Below the pieces are notes generated by a model. That model was not told where the DNA came from. It ran no database searches and worked only from the letters and a program-made list of their open reading frames with translations. From positions 1,344,001-1,408,000 of the forward strand of contig CAVWLP010000003.1 in assembly GCA_963755915.1 (NCBI GenBank): 64,000 nucleotides of DNA, read 5' to 3'. The position numbers were made by a program, and so were the translations under genes. The number at the start of each line of letters is the position of its first letter. The stretch's first letter is position 1. This stretch comes from an uncultured Phycisphaerales bacterium. GTDB taxonomy: Bacteria > Planctomycetota > Phycisphaerae > Tepidisphaerales > Tepidisphaeraceae. Shown here piece by piece: positions 51,141 through 60,676 of the stretch.

Positions 51141-51842
51141 ATGCGTTTTTGGATTGGGATTTTGGGTGCCGTGGTTTGTCTGATGATGGGGGCGGTTGTG
51201 TGGTCGCAGGATGCGGCGGCGCCGGACGATACGAACGTATCCACGGGAATCCAAATGCGGTCCAACGGGCAGCTTGCGATCGGGTCGATCACGGCGGAGA
51301 TCGCTCACTACGCGGACGACTGGAGCGAGACGATGCAGCACGATGCTTACACGCCCAAGGCCACTCCCACGACGCAGCCGGGGGCGTTTGTGCTGGATGG
51401 TCCGTTTGCGATGGATAGCGATACGTTCAATCTCAGCGAGCGGATTACGCCGGATAATGGGGGGATTCATTACGTCGCGGCGGTGACATCGGACAAGGGG
51501 GTGGAAACGAAAGAGCTGTCGCTGCAACTTCAGCTTTCGACGGACGATTTTGGGGGGAAGAAGGTGACGATTGATCAGGATGAGGTGAAGCTGCCGGCGG
51601 ATCCGCAGGCGAAGGGGCAGGCGCAGCTTGCGGCCAAGGATGGGGTGCATGAGATCGATATTCCGACTTCGGATGGGACGCTGGTGATTTCTTCATCGAG
51701 CGGGATGGACATTTATTTGCAGGACAACCGGGAGTGGGATGACGACCACTTTGGGCTGCGGATTCATTTCTCGCCAGCGGAGGGGCCGATCAAGAGCAGC
51801 GGGCTGGATCTGCAAATCAAGGTGAAGGGGGCGGGGAAGTGA
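51141..51842 (+). CDS. Secreted hypothetical protein
   Basis: Signal peptide, GGAG RBS, beta-rich acidic body. Confidence 0.7.
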   Translation: MRFWIGILGAVVCLMMGAVVWSQDAAAPDDTNVSTGIQMRSNGQLAIGSITAEIAHYADDWSETMQHDAYTPKATPTTQPGAFVLDGPFAMDSDTFNLSERITPDNGGIHYVAAVTSDKGVETKELSLQLQLSTDDFGGKKVTIDQDEVKLPADPQAKGQAQLAAKDGVHEIDIPTSDGTLVISSSSGMDIYLQDNREWDDDHFGLRIHFSPAEGPIKSSGLDLQIKVKGAGK

Positions 51843-51912
51843 TGGGTTTTTAAAGAGGGGACCACGATCCGGGGACTGGGGGAAACGCGCACCCCTGCGG
51901 GGTTGCGGCTAA

Positions 51913-52074
51913 GAAGCTGTTTCATAACCTCGCGCGGCCGCTGCTTGCGTCTGGCGAAGGCTGGCGGCGTTGCTCCTCCTCCCCATATTTCCGGTCAATA
52001 TTGTTCGTCGTCGCGCCTTGCCAGCATTCGCCAGCCGCGGCGCATCGGCTCGCGGGAGGTTATGAAACAGCTTC
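51913..52074. mobile_element. MITE (162 bp), 18-bp terminal inverted repeats, TAA target duplication
   Basis: TAA|GAAGCTGTTTCATAACCT...AGGTTATGAAACAGCTTC|TAA; no coding capacity. Confidence 0.8.
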
Positions 52075-52114
52075 TAAACGGGGGGAGGGGATTTTGGAGA
52101 TTCGGGTGGGCGAT

Positions 52115-52810
52115 TCAGGCGCCTACGGCGGCTAATTCTTTTTCGCGGCGAGAGGATTTGTCGGTGGGGGATTTTTCGGTGAGTCCCAGGTTCTGGCGGA
52201 TGGAGGATTGGACGTCGGGGGGAGTCTGGGCGCCGTCGACGCGGACGATTAGTTCCTTTCGGCTGAATAGATCGAGAATGGGCTGGGTTTTGGCGTGGTA
52301 GTCGGCGAGTCGGGCGGCGACGGCTTCTTTGGTGTCGTCGGTGCGGGCGACGAGCTTGCTGCCGCAGACGTCGCAGATGTCTTCCTTCGCGGGGCGGTGG
52401 AAAATCAGGTTGTAGTCGAGGCCGCACTTGGAGCAGAGGCGGCGGTTCATCACGCGTTTGAGGACGGTGTCGTCGCTGACGTCGATCTGGATGACGGCGT
52501 CGATGTCGTAGCTTTCGAGGAAGAATTCGGCCTGGCGGCGATTGCGGGGGAAGCCGTCGAGGATGAAGCCGAAGTTCCAGTCGTGCTGGTCGAGGCGGCC
52601 GCGGACGATTTCCTCGACGATGTCGTCGGGAACGAGCCCCCCTTCCGCGGTGACGCGGGCGATGCGGGCGGCAAGCTTGGTGTGGCTCTGGATGTGCCAG
52701 CGGAAGATGTCGCCGACGCTGATGTGGACTAGGTTGAAATCCTTGGCCAGCAGCTTGGCCTGGGTTCCTTTTCCGCAGCCCTGGATTCCCATGATGACGT
52801 ATTTGAACAT
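52115..52810 (-). CDS. adk: Adenylate kinase (Zn-lid type)
   Basis: GIQGCGKGTQA, HISVGDIFR, FILDGFPR, CSKC...CDVC, RTDD. Confidence 0.9.
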   Translation of the reverse strand: MFKYVIMGIQGCGKGTQAKLLAKDFNLVHISVGDIFRWHIQSHTKLAARIARVTAEGGLVPDDIVEEIVRGRLDQHDWNFGFILDGFPRNRRQAEFFLESYDIDAVIQIDVSDDTVLKRVMNRRLCSKCGLDYNLIFHRPAKEDICDVCGSKLVARTDDTKEAVAARLADYHAKTQPILDLFSRKELIVRVDGAQTPPDVQSSIRQNLGLTEKSPTDKSSRREKELAAVGA

Positions 52811-52881
52811 TGAAACTCCACGAGAGGTGATGCGGGCGATCGCCGTTAAATTCTTCGGCCGATCCCCGCGCTGCCGCAAGG

Positions 52882-53844
52882 CTAAAAGAGTTCGGGAACG
52901 AAATTCTGATCTTCCATGGGGGGGCGAATGTAGTCGGTGGCCGGCGGGCGCGGGGGCAATTCCACCGGCTTGGGCGTGAGATCTTTGTAGGGGATCAGGC
53001 TGAGAAGATGGCGGATGCAGTTGAGCCGCGCGCACTTTTTGTTATCGGCCTTCACGACGCGCCAGGGGGCGGCCTTGATGTCGGTGTGGGAGAACATGGC
53101 GTCCTTGGCCTTGGAAAATTCCTCCCACTGGGAGCGTGACTGGAGGTCCATGGGACTGAGCTTCCAGCGGCGGGTGGGGTCGTTGAGGCGGGACTGGAAC
53201 CGGCGTTCCTGCTCGGCGTCGCTGACGCTGAACCAGTATTTGACGAGCATGATTCCGGAACGGACGAGCATCTGCTCGAATTCCGGGCAGGTTCGGAGGA
53301 ACTCGAGGTATTCGTGGTCGGTGCAGAAACCCATGACGTGCTCGACGCCGGCGCGGTTGTACCAGCTTCGGTCGAAGAGGACCATTTCACCGGCGGCGGG
53401 TAGATGGGGGACGTAGCGCTGGAAATACCAGCAGGTTTTTTCGCGTTCGGTGGGTGTGCCGAGGGCGACGACGCGGCAGATGCGGGGATTGAGGGTTTCG
53501 GTGATGCGCTTGATGACGCCCCCTTTTCCGGCGGCGTCGCGGCCCTCAAAGATGATGACGACCTTCAGTTTTTCCTGCTTGATCCATTCCTGGAGCTTCA
53601 CCAGCTCGATCTGGAGGCGGGCGAGCTCGCGCTCATAGTGCTTGTTTCTGATCTTGTGCCTAGCGGCGCGGAGGTCGCCGTGGTGAATGGGGGAGAGGAT
53701 TTTAAGGCCGCTGGGGTGGGCGACGACACCGGCTTCGTGATGGGGGTCGTGGGAGTGACCGTTGCCGTTGCCGTTGGATTGGATGTCACGGGAGATGTCT
53801 TCGAATCGTTCGGCGTGTTTCTGTTTCTTTTTCTTGAGTTTCAT
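52882..53844 (-). CDS. ppk2: Polyphosphate kinase 2
   Basis: FEGRDAAGKGG, WYFQRY, FDRSWYNRAGVE, RWKLSPMD. Confidence 0.95.
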   Translation of the reverse strand: MKLKKKKQKHAERFEDISRDIQSNGNGNGHSHDPHHEAGVVAHPSGLKILSPIHHGDLRAARHKIRNKHYERELARLQIELVKLQEWIKQEKLKVVIIFEGRDAAGKGGVIKRITETLNPRICRVVALGTPTEREKTCWYFQRYVPHLPAAGEMVLFDRSWYNRAGVEHVMGFCTDHEYLEFLRTCPEFEQMLVRSGIMLVKYWFSVSDAEQERRFQSRLNDPTRRWKLSPMDLQSRSQWEEFSKAKDAMFSHTDIKAAPWRVVKADNKKCARLNCIRHLLSLIPYKDLTPKPVELPPRPPATDYIRPPMEDQNFVPELF

Positions 53845-54177
53845 TTGAGCCACCTTTTTTGATGAGCGCGGCGCCCCCGGAGGGACGGCGATGGTTGAAT
53901 GGTCGAGATCAGATGTCCGCGAATAACAAAAAGCGAGGATGAGATGATCGCGGTTTGGGAGGAGAGCGGTTTTCTTTCGAGGTTCCAGACTGAGCGGGGC
54001 TATATATAGCCAATCGGGCAATTACAAACCAAGAAAAAATCATCAATCTGACACAAAATTTTTACGTGGGGAAAATATTGAGCGGCATGGATGCGGGCCA
54101 CGGATCGGATCGAGGAGGTGAGTGGGTGCCGTCAAATGGATTCGGCGATATGATTTCGCGGAATTGACGAAGGCCGC

Positions 54178-55692
54178 ATGTCGCTGAGGCATTGGATTGC
54201 TCTGGTCCTGATATTGATCGTCGGGGGGATTTTTCGTTTTGTGGGGATCTCGCAGCCGAGCCTTTGGATGGACGAGATCTGGTCGATCGAGATGGCGATG
54301 GGGCGTGGGTCGGTGCATGACAATCTGCCGATGAATGTGATTCGGACGGATCAGCCGGATTTCACGTCGGAGGCGCAGGCGGGGCCGTGGTGGGGCATTC
54401 TTACGCATATGGGCGGGGTGACGCATCCGCCGCTTTATTTCGTGGTTCTGCGGTGGTGGATCGACCTGGCGGGGACGCGCGGCCTGGCGGTTCGGGGTCT
54501 TTCGGCGATTTTCTCGCTGGGGGAAATTCTATTTCTTTTTGACGTCTGCCGGTTGGTGCACGGCCCACGGATTGGGCTTTTGGCGGCGGCGGTTTGCGCT
54601 GTTGCGGTGGGGCAGATTGAGTTTGCGCAGGAGGCGCGGGCGTATCCGATGCTGATGTTCTTTGCGCTGGGGGCGGCGGATGCGATGGTTCGAATCGAAC
54701 GGGCCGGGCCTTCACGTGGGCGAATGATGGGTCTGGCGGTGTTTGCGACGGCGACAGCACTCACCCACTACCTGTCGGCCGGTTTTTTGCTTGTGCTGCC
54801 GGTGTATGCGTTTGTTCGGCTGCGTGGAAAGGGGAGGGTGGAGGCGATTGCGGCACTGGTCGTTGCGGGGGCACTATCGCTGGCGGTTTGGGTGCCGCTG
54901 TTTGTTTTGCAGAAGCATACGCTTCCGTCGCTGACGCCGACGTTTCTTGCGGAGCAGAATGTCGAGCACCATGTTACGTACACGCTGTTTCGCATCGTTG
55001 GACTTCCAGCTCAATTCTTATTTGGCGAAGCCCGTTCGCGCGAGATGGCGCCATGGCTGGTGATGGTGATATTTGGGATCACGATTGTTCTCCCGCCGGC
55101 ACGGCTGGCCTGGCGGCGGGATTTGACGCTCTGGGTTTTGTGGGGCGTGGGGACGATCGGGTTGGTGGCGGGAATGGACCTTCTGCGGCAGACAACATTG
55201 CTGGCTTATTTGCGATATACGATCCTGGCAAGCCCGGCGATTTATGTGGTGATCGCAGCGTTTGACTGGCCGGGGCGAGCTGTTTTCCGCGATGGACTGG
55301 CGATCGCCACGGTCGCTCTGCTGGCGATTTGCGCGACGCAGCGGGCAGTCGACGGCGTGCCGCCGAAGGAGGACTGGCGGCGGCTGGCGAGGGACATTCA
55401 GGGGTTTGCGGCGCCGGGGGATCTGCTGATGTTCCATAATTCGGATCCGTGGATTTCATCAGGGACGTGGTACACGGGGCTGAAGTATTACCAGCCGGAG
55501 TCGAATCATCCGTGGGTGATTCTCAGCGACCATCCGAGCGCGGAATTGTTGGGGGAGCTGCGCGGGCGGCGTTGTTTGTGGCTGATTGGGAAATATCCGG
55601 ACATTGAGGGTGCGGGGCTGCTGCCGGGGTGGCGGCCGCAGATGCTTGTGGAGACGAGCGCGGGGCGGGCGTGCCGGATGGTGCCGCGATAG
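54178..55692 (+). CDS. GT-C (PMT/GT39-like) membrane glycosyltransferase
   Basis: SLWMDE, HPPLYF, AQEARAY, THY motifs; many TMs. Confidence 0.85.
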   Translation: MSLRHWIALVLILIVGGIFRFVGISQPSLWMDEIWSIEMAMGRGSVHDNLPMNVIRTDQPDFTSEAQAGPWWGILTHMGGVTHPPLYFVVLRWWIDLAGTRGLAVRGLSAIFSLGEILFLFDVCRLVHGPRIGLLAAAVCAVAVGQIEFAQEARAYPMLMFFALGAADAMVRIERAGPSRGRMMGLAVFATATALTHYLSAGFLLVLPVYAFVRLRGKGRVEAIAALVVAGALSLAVWVPLFVLQKHTLPSLTPTFLAEQNVEHHVTYTLFRIVGLPAQFLFGEARSREMAPWLVMVIFGITIVLPPARLAWRRDLTLWVLWGVGTIGLVAGMDLLRQTTLLAYLRYTILASPAIYVVIAAFDWPGRAVFRDGLAIATVALLAICATQRAVDGVPPKEDWRRLARDIQGFAAPGDLLMFHNSDPWISSGTWYTGLKYYQPESNHPWVILSDHPSAELLGELRGRRCLWLIGKYPDIEGAGLLPGWRPQMLVETSAGRACRMVPR

Positions 55693-55693
55693 G

Positions 55694-56098
55694 TCAGGTG
55701 GCCGGCGCCGGGGGCGGGGCGAGGAGTTTTTCTACGGTGGCGATGAGCTTGTCGAGCTTGACCGGCTTGGTGAAATACTCGCTGACGCCCTGGCTTTCGG
55801 CGTAGAGCTTGTGGCGGGCGCCCTGGTTGCCGGTGATCATGATGACGAAGGGCTTGGCGTTGCGGGGTTTTTTGGATTTGATTTTTTCCAGGACCATGAA
55901 GCCGCTGCGGCCGGGGAGCATCATGTCGAGGACGACGACGTCGGGCTGATTTTTTTCGGCGAGTTCGACGGCCTTGTTGCCGTTGCTGGCGGTGTCGATG
56001 AGGGCGCCGGTGGGTTCGAAGACGGCCTGCATGCTGGTGAGGATGTCGTTGTCGTCATCGACCAGCAGGATTCGTTTTCCAGTCAGGGTTTCGCTCAT
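55694..56098 (-). CDS. Single-domain response regulator
   Basis: ILLVDDD, LDMMLP, T, KP. Confidence 0.9.
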   Translation of the reverse strand: MSETLTGKRILLVDDDNDILTSMQAVFEPTGALIDTASNGNKAVELAEKNQPDVVVLDMMLPGRSGFMVLEKIKSKKPRNAKPFVIMITGNQGARHKLYAESQGVSEYFTKPVKLDKLIATVEKLLAPPPAPAT

Positions 56099-56286
56099 GG
56101 GTGCCTCTCTCTCTCGTTGGCCCTCGCAATTTCTTGCGGGGCGGCCCCAGCATGGCCATGCTGGGGCTTTATGGGGGGACTGCCGCAGGCGTTACTGATT
56201 TTGTGTGCGGCAGATAGCCAATTTCGGTTACGCGTGGAAAATGTCAAGGGGAATCCATGTGAGGTCCGATAAATGTTGGATCGAAC

Positions 56287-57189
56287 ATGGAAAAAAGTGA
56301 TCCGATTGCCGTCCTGGACAGCGGACTGGGGGGCCTGACGGTTGTCAACGCCCTGCGCCGTACGCTGCCGGCTGAAGATATCCTTTATTTTGGGGACACG
56401 GCGCACCTTCCATACGGGGACAAATCACCGGCGGCTGTCAGTAGATACGTACGGGAGATCGTGCGGTTCTTTTTGCCGATGCGTCCGAAACATTTGGTGA
56501 TCGCCTGTAATACGGCGACGGCGCTGGCGATGTCGACGGTGGCGGGAGAGTTTCCGGAGCTGCCGATCAGCGGGGTGATTGATCCGGGTGCGCGGGCCGC
56601 GGTGGTGGCGGCGGGAACGGAGAGGTTGCCGGCGATTGGGGTGATCGCTACGGAGGCAACCGTTCGGTCGAAGGCGTATGAGCGGGCGATATTGCGGCGG
56701 AGGAATTTGGCGCGGGTGATGCTGCGGCCGACGCCTCTGCTGGTGCCGATGATCGAGGAGGGGCGCACGGGGACCGATCCGTTGGTGGAGAGCGCGCTGC
56801 GGCAATATTTGCAGAGCATGGTGATGCGCAAGGTGAGCGTGCTCGTGCTGGGATGCACGCATTATCCGCTGCTGAAAGGGGCGATCGCGAAGGTGGTGGG
56901 GCCGCGGGTGCGATTGATTGACTCGGCGGAGCAATGTGCGCTCGACGTGGCGCGAAGGCTGCTGCGCAAGGGGCTTTTGCGGGGGTCGATGGGATCGCCG
57001 GATGAGACGACGGTGGATGGGCTCCCCCCTGCCACGACGGGAACACTGCGAAGCTTCGTGACGGATGATCCGGCGCGATTTGCGGCGCTGGCGTCGCGGT
57101 TTCTGGAGATGGAGCTTGAGCGGCCGGAGTTGGTGAACCTTGGCGCGGCCCAGGACGCTGCACCGCCGGCGCTGCGCGCGGCGGGTTGA
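56287..57189 (+). CDS. murI: Glutamate racemase
   Basis: DSGLGG, PYG, ACNTA, LGCTHYP. Confidence 0.95.
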   Translation: MEKSDPIAVLDSGLGGLTVVNALRRTLPAEDILYFGDTAHLPYGDKSPAAVSRYVREIVRFFLPMRPKHLVIACNTATALAMSTVAGEFPELPISGVIDPGARAAVVAAGTERLPAIGVIATEATVRSKAYERAILRRRNLARVMLRPTPLLVPMIEEGRTGTDPLVESALRQYLQSMVMRKVSVLVLGCTHYPLLKGAIAKVVGPRVRLIDSAEQCALDVARRLLRKGLLRGSMGSPDETTVDGLPPATTGTLRSFVTDDPARFAALASRFLEMELERPELVNLGAAQDAAPPALRAAG

Positions 57190-57230
57190 AAATGGAAGTC
57201 TCGGGGGGCTCGTGTTATCGTTCGGCTTCG

Positions 57231-58076
57231 ATGAACGGCTTCGATTGCAACGCATTTTCCTGGCGTGCTTCGCGGGTTGGCGGTTTACTTTTTTATCTGC
57301 TAGCGCTTTTGCTGACGGGTTGCGGGGATTCGCTGTCTGATTCGACGATACCTGGGCCGGTGAGTCCGGGGCTTTATCAGGATGCGGCGGTGGCGAATCA
57401 GCAGCGGTTGGCGGGGGAAGACGTGCGGGTGGTGCCGCTATATAAGACGCCGCTTGAGGCGATTGGGGTCGGGTTTGACGATCTGATCGGCAAGCCGATC
57501 GCGCATTTTTTCGACTATATTACGCATGACAACGCGGCGTTCGCGGCGCGGAAGATGGCGGACCCGAACTCGCCGGACAACCAGCGGGAAGGGATGCTGC
57601 GGCTGACGGATTTTGATTTTGCGCGGAAGGGGATTTACATCCGCGGGTATGCGATTTTGGCGCGGGGCGGGAGCGATTATACGGTGCGGGCGGCGGGAAT
57701 CAGGGCGCTGAACCGGTGCCGGGCGCATGGATATACGGCGATGTTCATGGAAGCACTGGATGACGATCAGGAGACGATTCGCCTGGAGGGGGCGGATGCG
57801 CTGAGCAACATTCCCGATCCGCGGGCGATTCCGCTGCTGGTGGCGCATCTCAACGGGACCGCGCCGGAGCCGAGCGTTGACGTGAGGATCGCCTGCGCGG
57901 ATGCGCTGCGGTGTTATCACACGCACGATGCGATGGAGGCGCTGGCGGACGAATTGGGCGATCAGGAGTTTGGAGTCGCCTGGCAGGCGCGGCAAAGCCT
58001 GGAGCTGCTGACCGGGCAGGATTTCCGGTATGACCGGCAGGCGTGGCTGAACTTCATGACAGCGACGGGCATGTAA
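57231..58076 (+). CDS. HEAT-repeat lipoprotein
   Basis: Lipobox LTGC; repeats VRAAGIRAL / IRLEGADAL / VRIACADAL. Confidence 0.8.
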   Translation: MNGFDCNAFSWRASRVGGLLFYLLALLLTGCGDSLSDSTIPGPVSPGLYQDAAVANQQRLAGEDVRVVPLYKTPLEAIGVGFDDLIGKPIAHFFDYITHDNAAFAARKMADPNSPDNQREGMLRLTDFDFARKGIYIRGYAILARGGSDYTVRAAGIRALNRCRAHGYTAMFMEALDDDQETIRLEGADALSNIPDPRAIPLLVAHLNGTAPEPSVDVRIACADALRCYHTHDAMEALADELGDQEFGVAWQARQSLELLTGQDFRYDRQAWLNFMTATGM

Positions 58077-58088
58077 CCATTTCTCGAA

Positions 58089-59065
58089 ATGCGTGCACTG
58101 GTTTTTGAGCAATCGCTGAAATTCAATCCGCGGCATGCGGAGCCGGCGGAAGCGGGTGGGGATACGCTTATTAAAGTTCGCCGGGCGGGGATTTGCGCGA
58201 CGGATCTTGAGATTGTGCGCGGGTATATGGGGTTTAGCGGGGTGCTGGGGCATGAGTTTGTGGGGGAGGTGGTTTCGTCGCCGAACAAGGAGCTGGTGGG
58301 GCAGCGGGTTGCGGGGGAGATCAATGTGGTGTGCGGGAGGTGCGATCTGTGCGTGTCGGGGCTGTCGTCGCATTGCCGGAATCGGACGGTGCTGGGGATT
58401 CTGAGACATGACGGGGCGTTTGCGGATTTTTTGCGGCTTCCGGCGGTGAATCTGCACGTGATTCCCAAGACGGTGGATGACGATCTGGCGGTTTTCATCG
58501 AGCCGCTGGCGGCGGCGTTTCAGATTCTCAAGCAGATCAAGGTGGATTCGAACGCGGATTCGGTTCGGGGCGGAAGTGGGTGACGGTTCTGGGGGATGGG
58601 AAGCTGGGGCTTCTGGTGGCGCAGGTGCTGCGGAACGCGAACTGCCCGGTGCGGGTTATCGGGAGGCATGCGGAGAAGCTGGCGCTGTGCGAGAAGTGGC
58701 AGATCCGCAGCCGGCCGCTGGCGGATATCGTGCCGCGGCACGATCAGGACATCGTGGTCGATTGCACGGGAAGCGCGGCGGGGTTTGAATTGGCGATGCA
58801 GATGGTGCGCCCGCGCGGGACGATCGTGATGAAGAGCACGGTGGCGGCGGGGAAGCCGATGAATTTGGCGCCGCTGGTGATTGATGAGCTGACGGTTATC
58901 GGCAGCCGATGCGGGCCGTTTCGGGAGGCGATCAAGGCGCTGGCGGAGAAGCAGATCGACGTGGCGAGCTTGATTCATCGGCGATTGCGGCTGGACCAGG
59001 GTCTGGAGGCGATGGACCTCGCGGGGCGGCCGGGCGTGTTGAAGGTCTTGCTGACAATGGAGTAG
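58089..59065 (+). CDS. Zinc-dependent alcohol dehydrogenase (MDR), frameshift near 58570
   Basis: GICATD, GHEFVG, CGRCDLC...HC, GDGKLG in the second frame. Confidence 0.9.
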
Positions 59066-59081
59066 AAAGAACAGGTAAGAA

Positions 59082-59738
59082 ATGCCAAAGGACTTCGCGA
59101 TTGTGCTGAACAACGGCAGTTTGAACAGCGCCGTGGTAACGGCGATGGCGTCGCAGCGATTTCGGCCGATCATGATTTTCGCGGACATGACGAGCGGCGC
59201 CAGCCGCGGGTTCGGGCGGCTTACGATCAGCAGGTGGCGCATTTCAAGCCGTACCGGGAATATTCGGTTCCGATCGCGCACGCAGGATCGGCGGCGCCGG
59301 CGAGCGGGGCGACGGCTGCGGCGACCGATCCGCGGACGGGGGCGAACATCGGGCCGCAGCTCATGGAGCTTTTGCCGGTGCTGTCGCTGGCGGTGAAGTC
59401 GGCGTCGACGCATAACGCGGGGGCGATTTACGTGGGACTTCGCGTCGGGCCGGGCACGGATGAACTGGCGCAGGCGAGCGAGTTTGTGCAGATCTGGAGC
59501 GAACTGATTCAGCTTCCGTGCGGGCTTGCGGATGTGGAATTGCAGACGCCGCTGCTGGAGCTGGAGCCCTGGCAGGTGGTGGATGTGGGGTTTAATGTTT
59601 CAGCGCCGTTTGAGCGGACGTGGAGCTGCCTGGAGCAGACGGCCGAGCCGTGCTGGTCGTGCCGGGGGTGCCGGATGCGCGAGGCGGCGTTTCAGCAGGC
59701 GGGGAAGCCGGATCCGCTGCGCGGGGAAGAAGGTTTAG
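59082..59738 (+). CDS. QueC-like protein with degenerate PP-loop (frameshifts near 59210 and 59720)
   Basis: AIVLNNGSLNS at the SGGLDS position; TWSC...PCWSCRGCRMR Zn cluster. Confidence 0.75.
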
Positions 59739-59773
59739 CGAAGGCTGTTTTCGGGCCTAAGATTCAGTGGAGT

Positions 59774-59994
59774 ATGATTCATCGTCATCTCAATCATCAG
59801 GAGTTTACGGCGGCCGCGATTGACGACATTATCGGCGCGGAAAGCGGGCCGATTGGGAGGAATTACGCCGAGCGGTGATCGCGGACGGCTCGCTGGCGGA
59901 AGTGATCCGAAAAATTTGTGAACCGCACCTGTCAAACATGTACGCACAACGGTATCACTTTTGGAATTACTATGTCCGGGAGCGAATCGCCTGA
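59774..59994 (+). CDS. Small putative antitoxin (frameshift near 59835)
   Basis: MIHRHLNHQEFTAAAIDDII..GKRADWEELRRAV...[10 protein letters not shown]; overlaps the next gene's start. Confidence 0.65.
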
Positions 59995-60676
59995 TTGGGA
60001 AGAGGTTTTGTCGTCCGCGGCGCGGTTGCAGTCGATCCTGCCAGGCGCCGTGCTGGTGGGGGGAACGGCGGCGGCGCTCTTTGCCAAGCATCGATTCTCA
60101 AGCGACGCGGATCATGTCCTTACCGATTGGAGGGCGCGGTTCGATAAGGTGCTGGGCGAGTTGGAGTCGGTGGCGGGCTGGAAGACGGCGCGATTGAATC
60201 GGCCGGTGCAGATTCTCGGCAGTCTAGATGGGATCGAGACGGGGGTGCGACAGCTTATACGCGAGCAGCCGCTGGAAACAACGACCGTCGACTTTCACGG
60301 CCAGATGCTCACGGTGCCGACGGAAGGTGAGATTCTTCGGATCAAGGCGGCGTTGATCCTGAAAAGGAATGCGACGCGCGATTACCTTGATTTTATTGCC
60401 CTGGCGACGCATCTGGGGGATCAGAAAGCCGCGGAAGCGCTGAAGGGTTTCGATCGGCTTTATCCGCAGTCGAACCAGGAATCGGCGCTTCAGCAGTTGG
60501 AGATTCAATTGGCAAATCCAGCGCCGTTCGATCTGAGCGATTTGCGGCTGAGCGAATATAAGCAGCTTGATCCGAAATGGCATAACTGGGCTGATGTGAA
60601 ATCCGCCTGCGCGCGTTTCGCCAAAGACCTCTTCGATCGAATTTCGCAAATGGACGAATCCGAAGGCGGTGCTTAG
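59972..60676 (+). CDS. AbiEii/AbiGii-like nucleotidyltransferase toxin
   Basis: [17 protein letters not shown] (GG..DxD NTase motif), K....RNATRDYLD. Confidence 0.82.
   Translation: MSGSESPDWEEVLSSAARLQSILPGAVLVGGTAAALFAKHRFSSDADHVLTDWRARFDKVLGELESVAGWKTARLNRPVQILGSLDGIETGVRQLIREQPLETTTVDFHGQMLTVPTEGEILRIKAALILKRNATRDYLDFIALATHLGDQKAAEALKGFDRLYPQSNQESALQQLEIQLANPAPFDLSDLRLSEYKQLDPKWHNWADVKSACARFAKDLFDRISQMDESEGGA

Noticed and set aside
58545-58580. Apparent insertion splitting the alcohol dehydrogenase
   Set aside because: Adding one G in the G-run restores ...DSVRGRKWVTVLGDG; simple indel.
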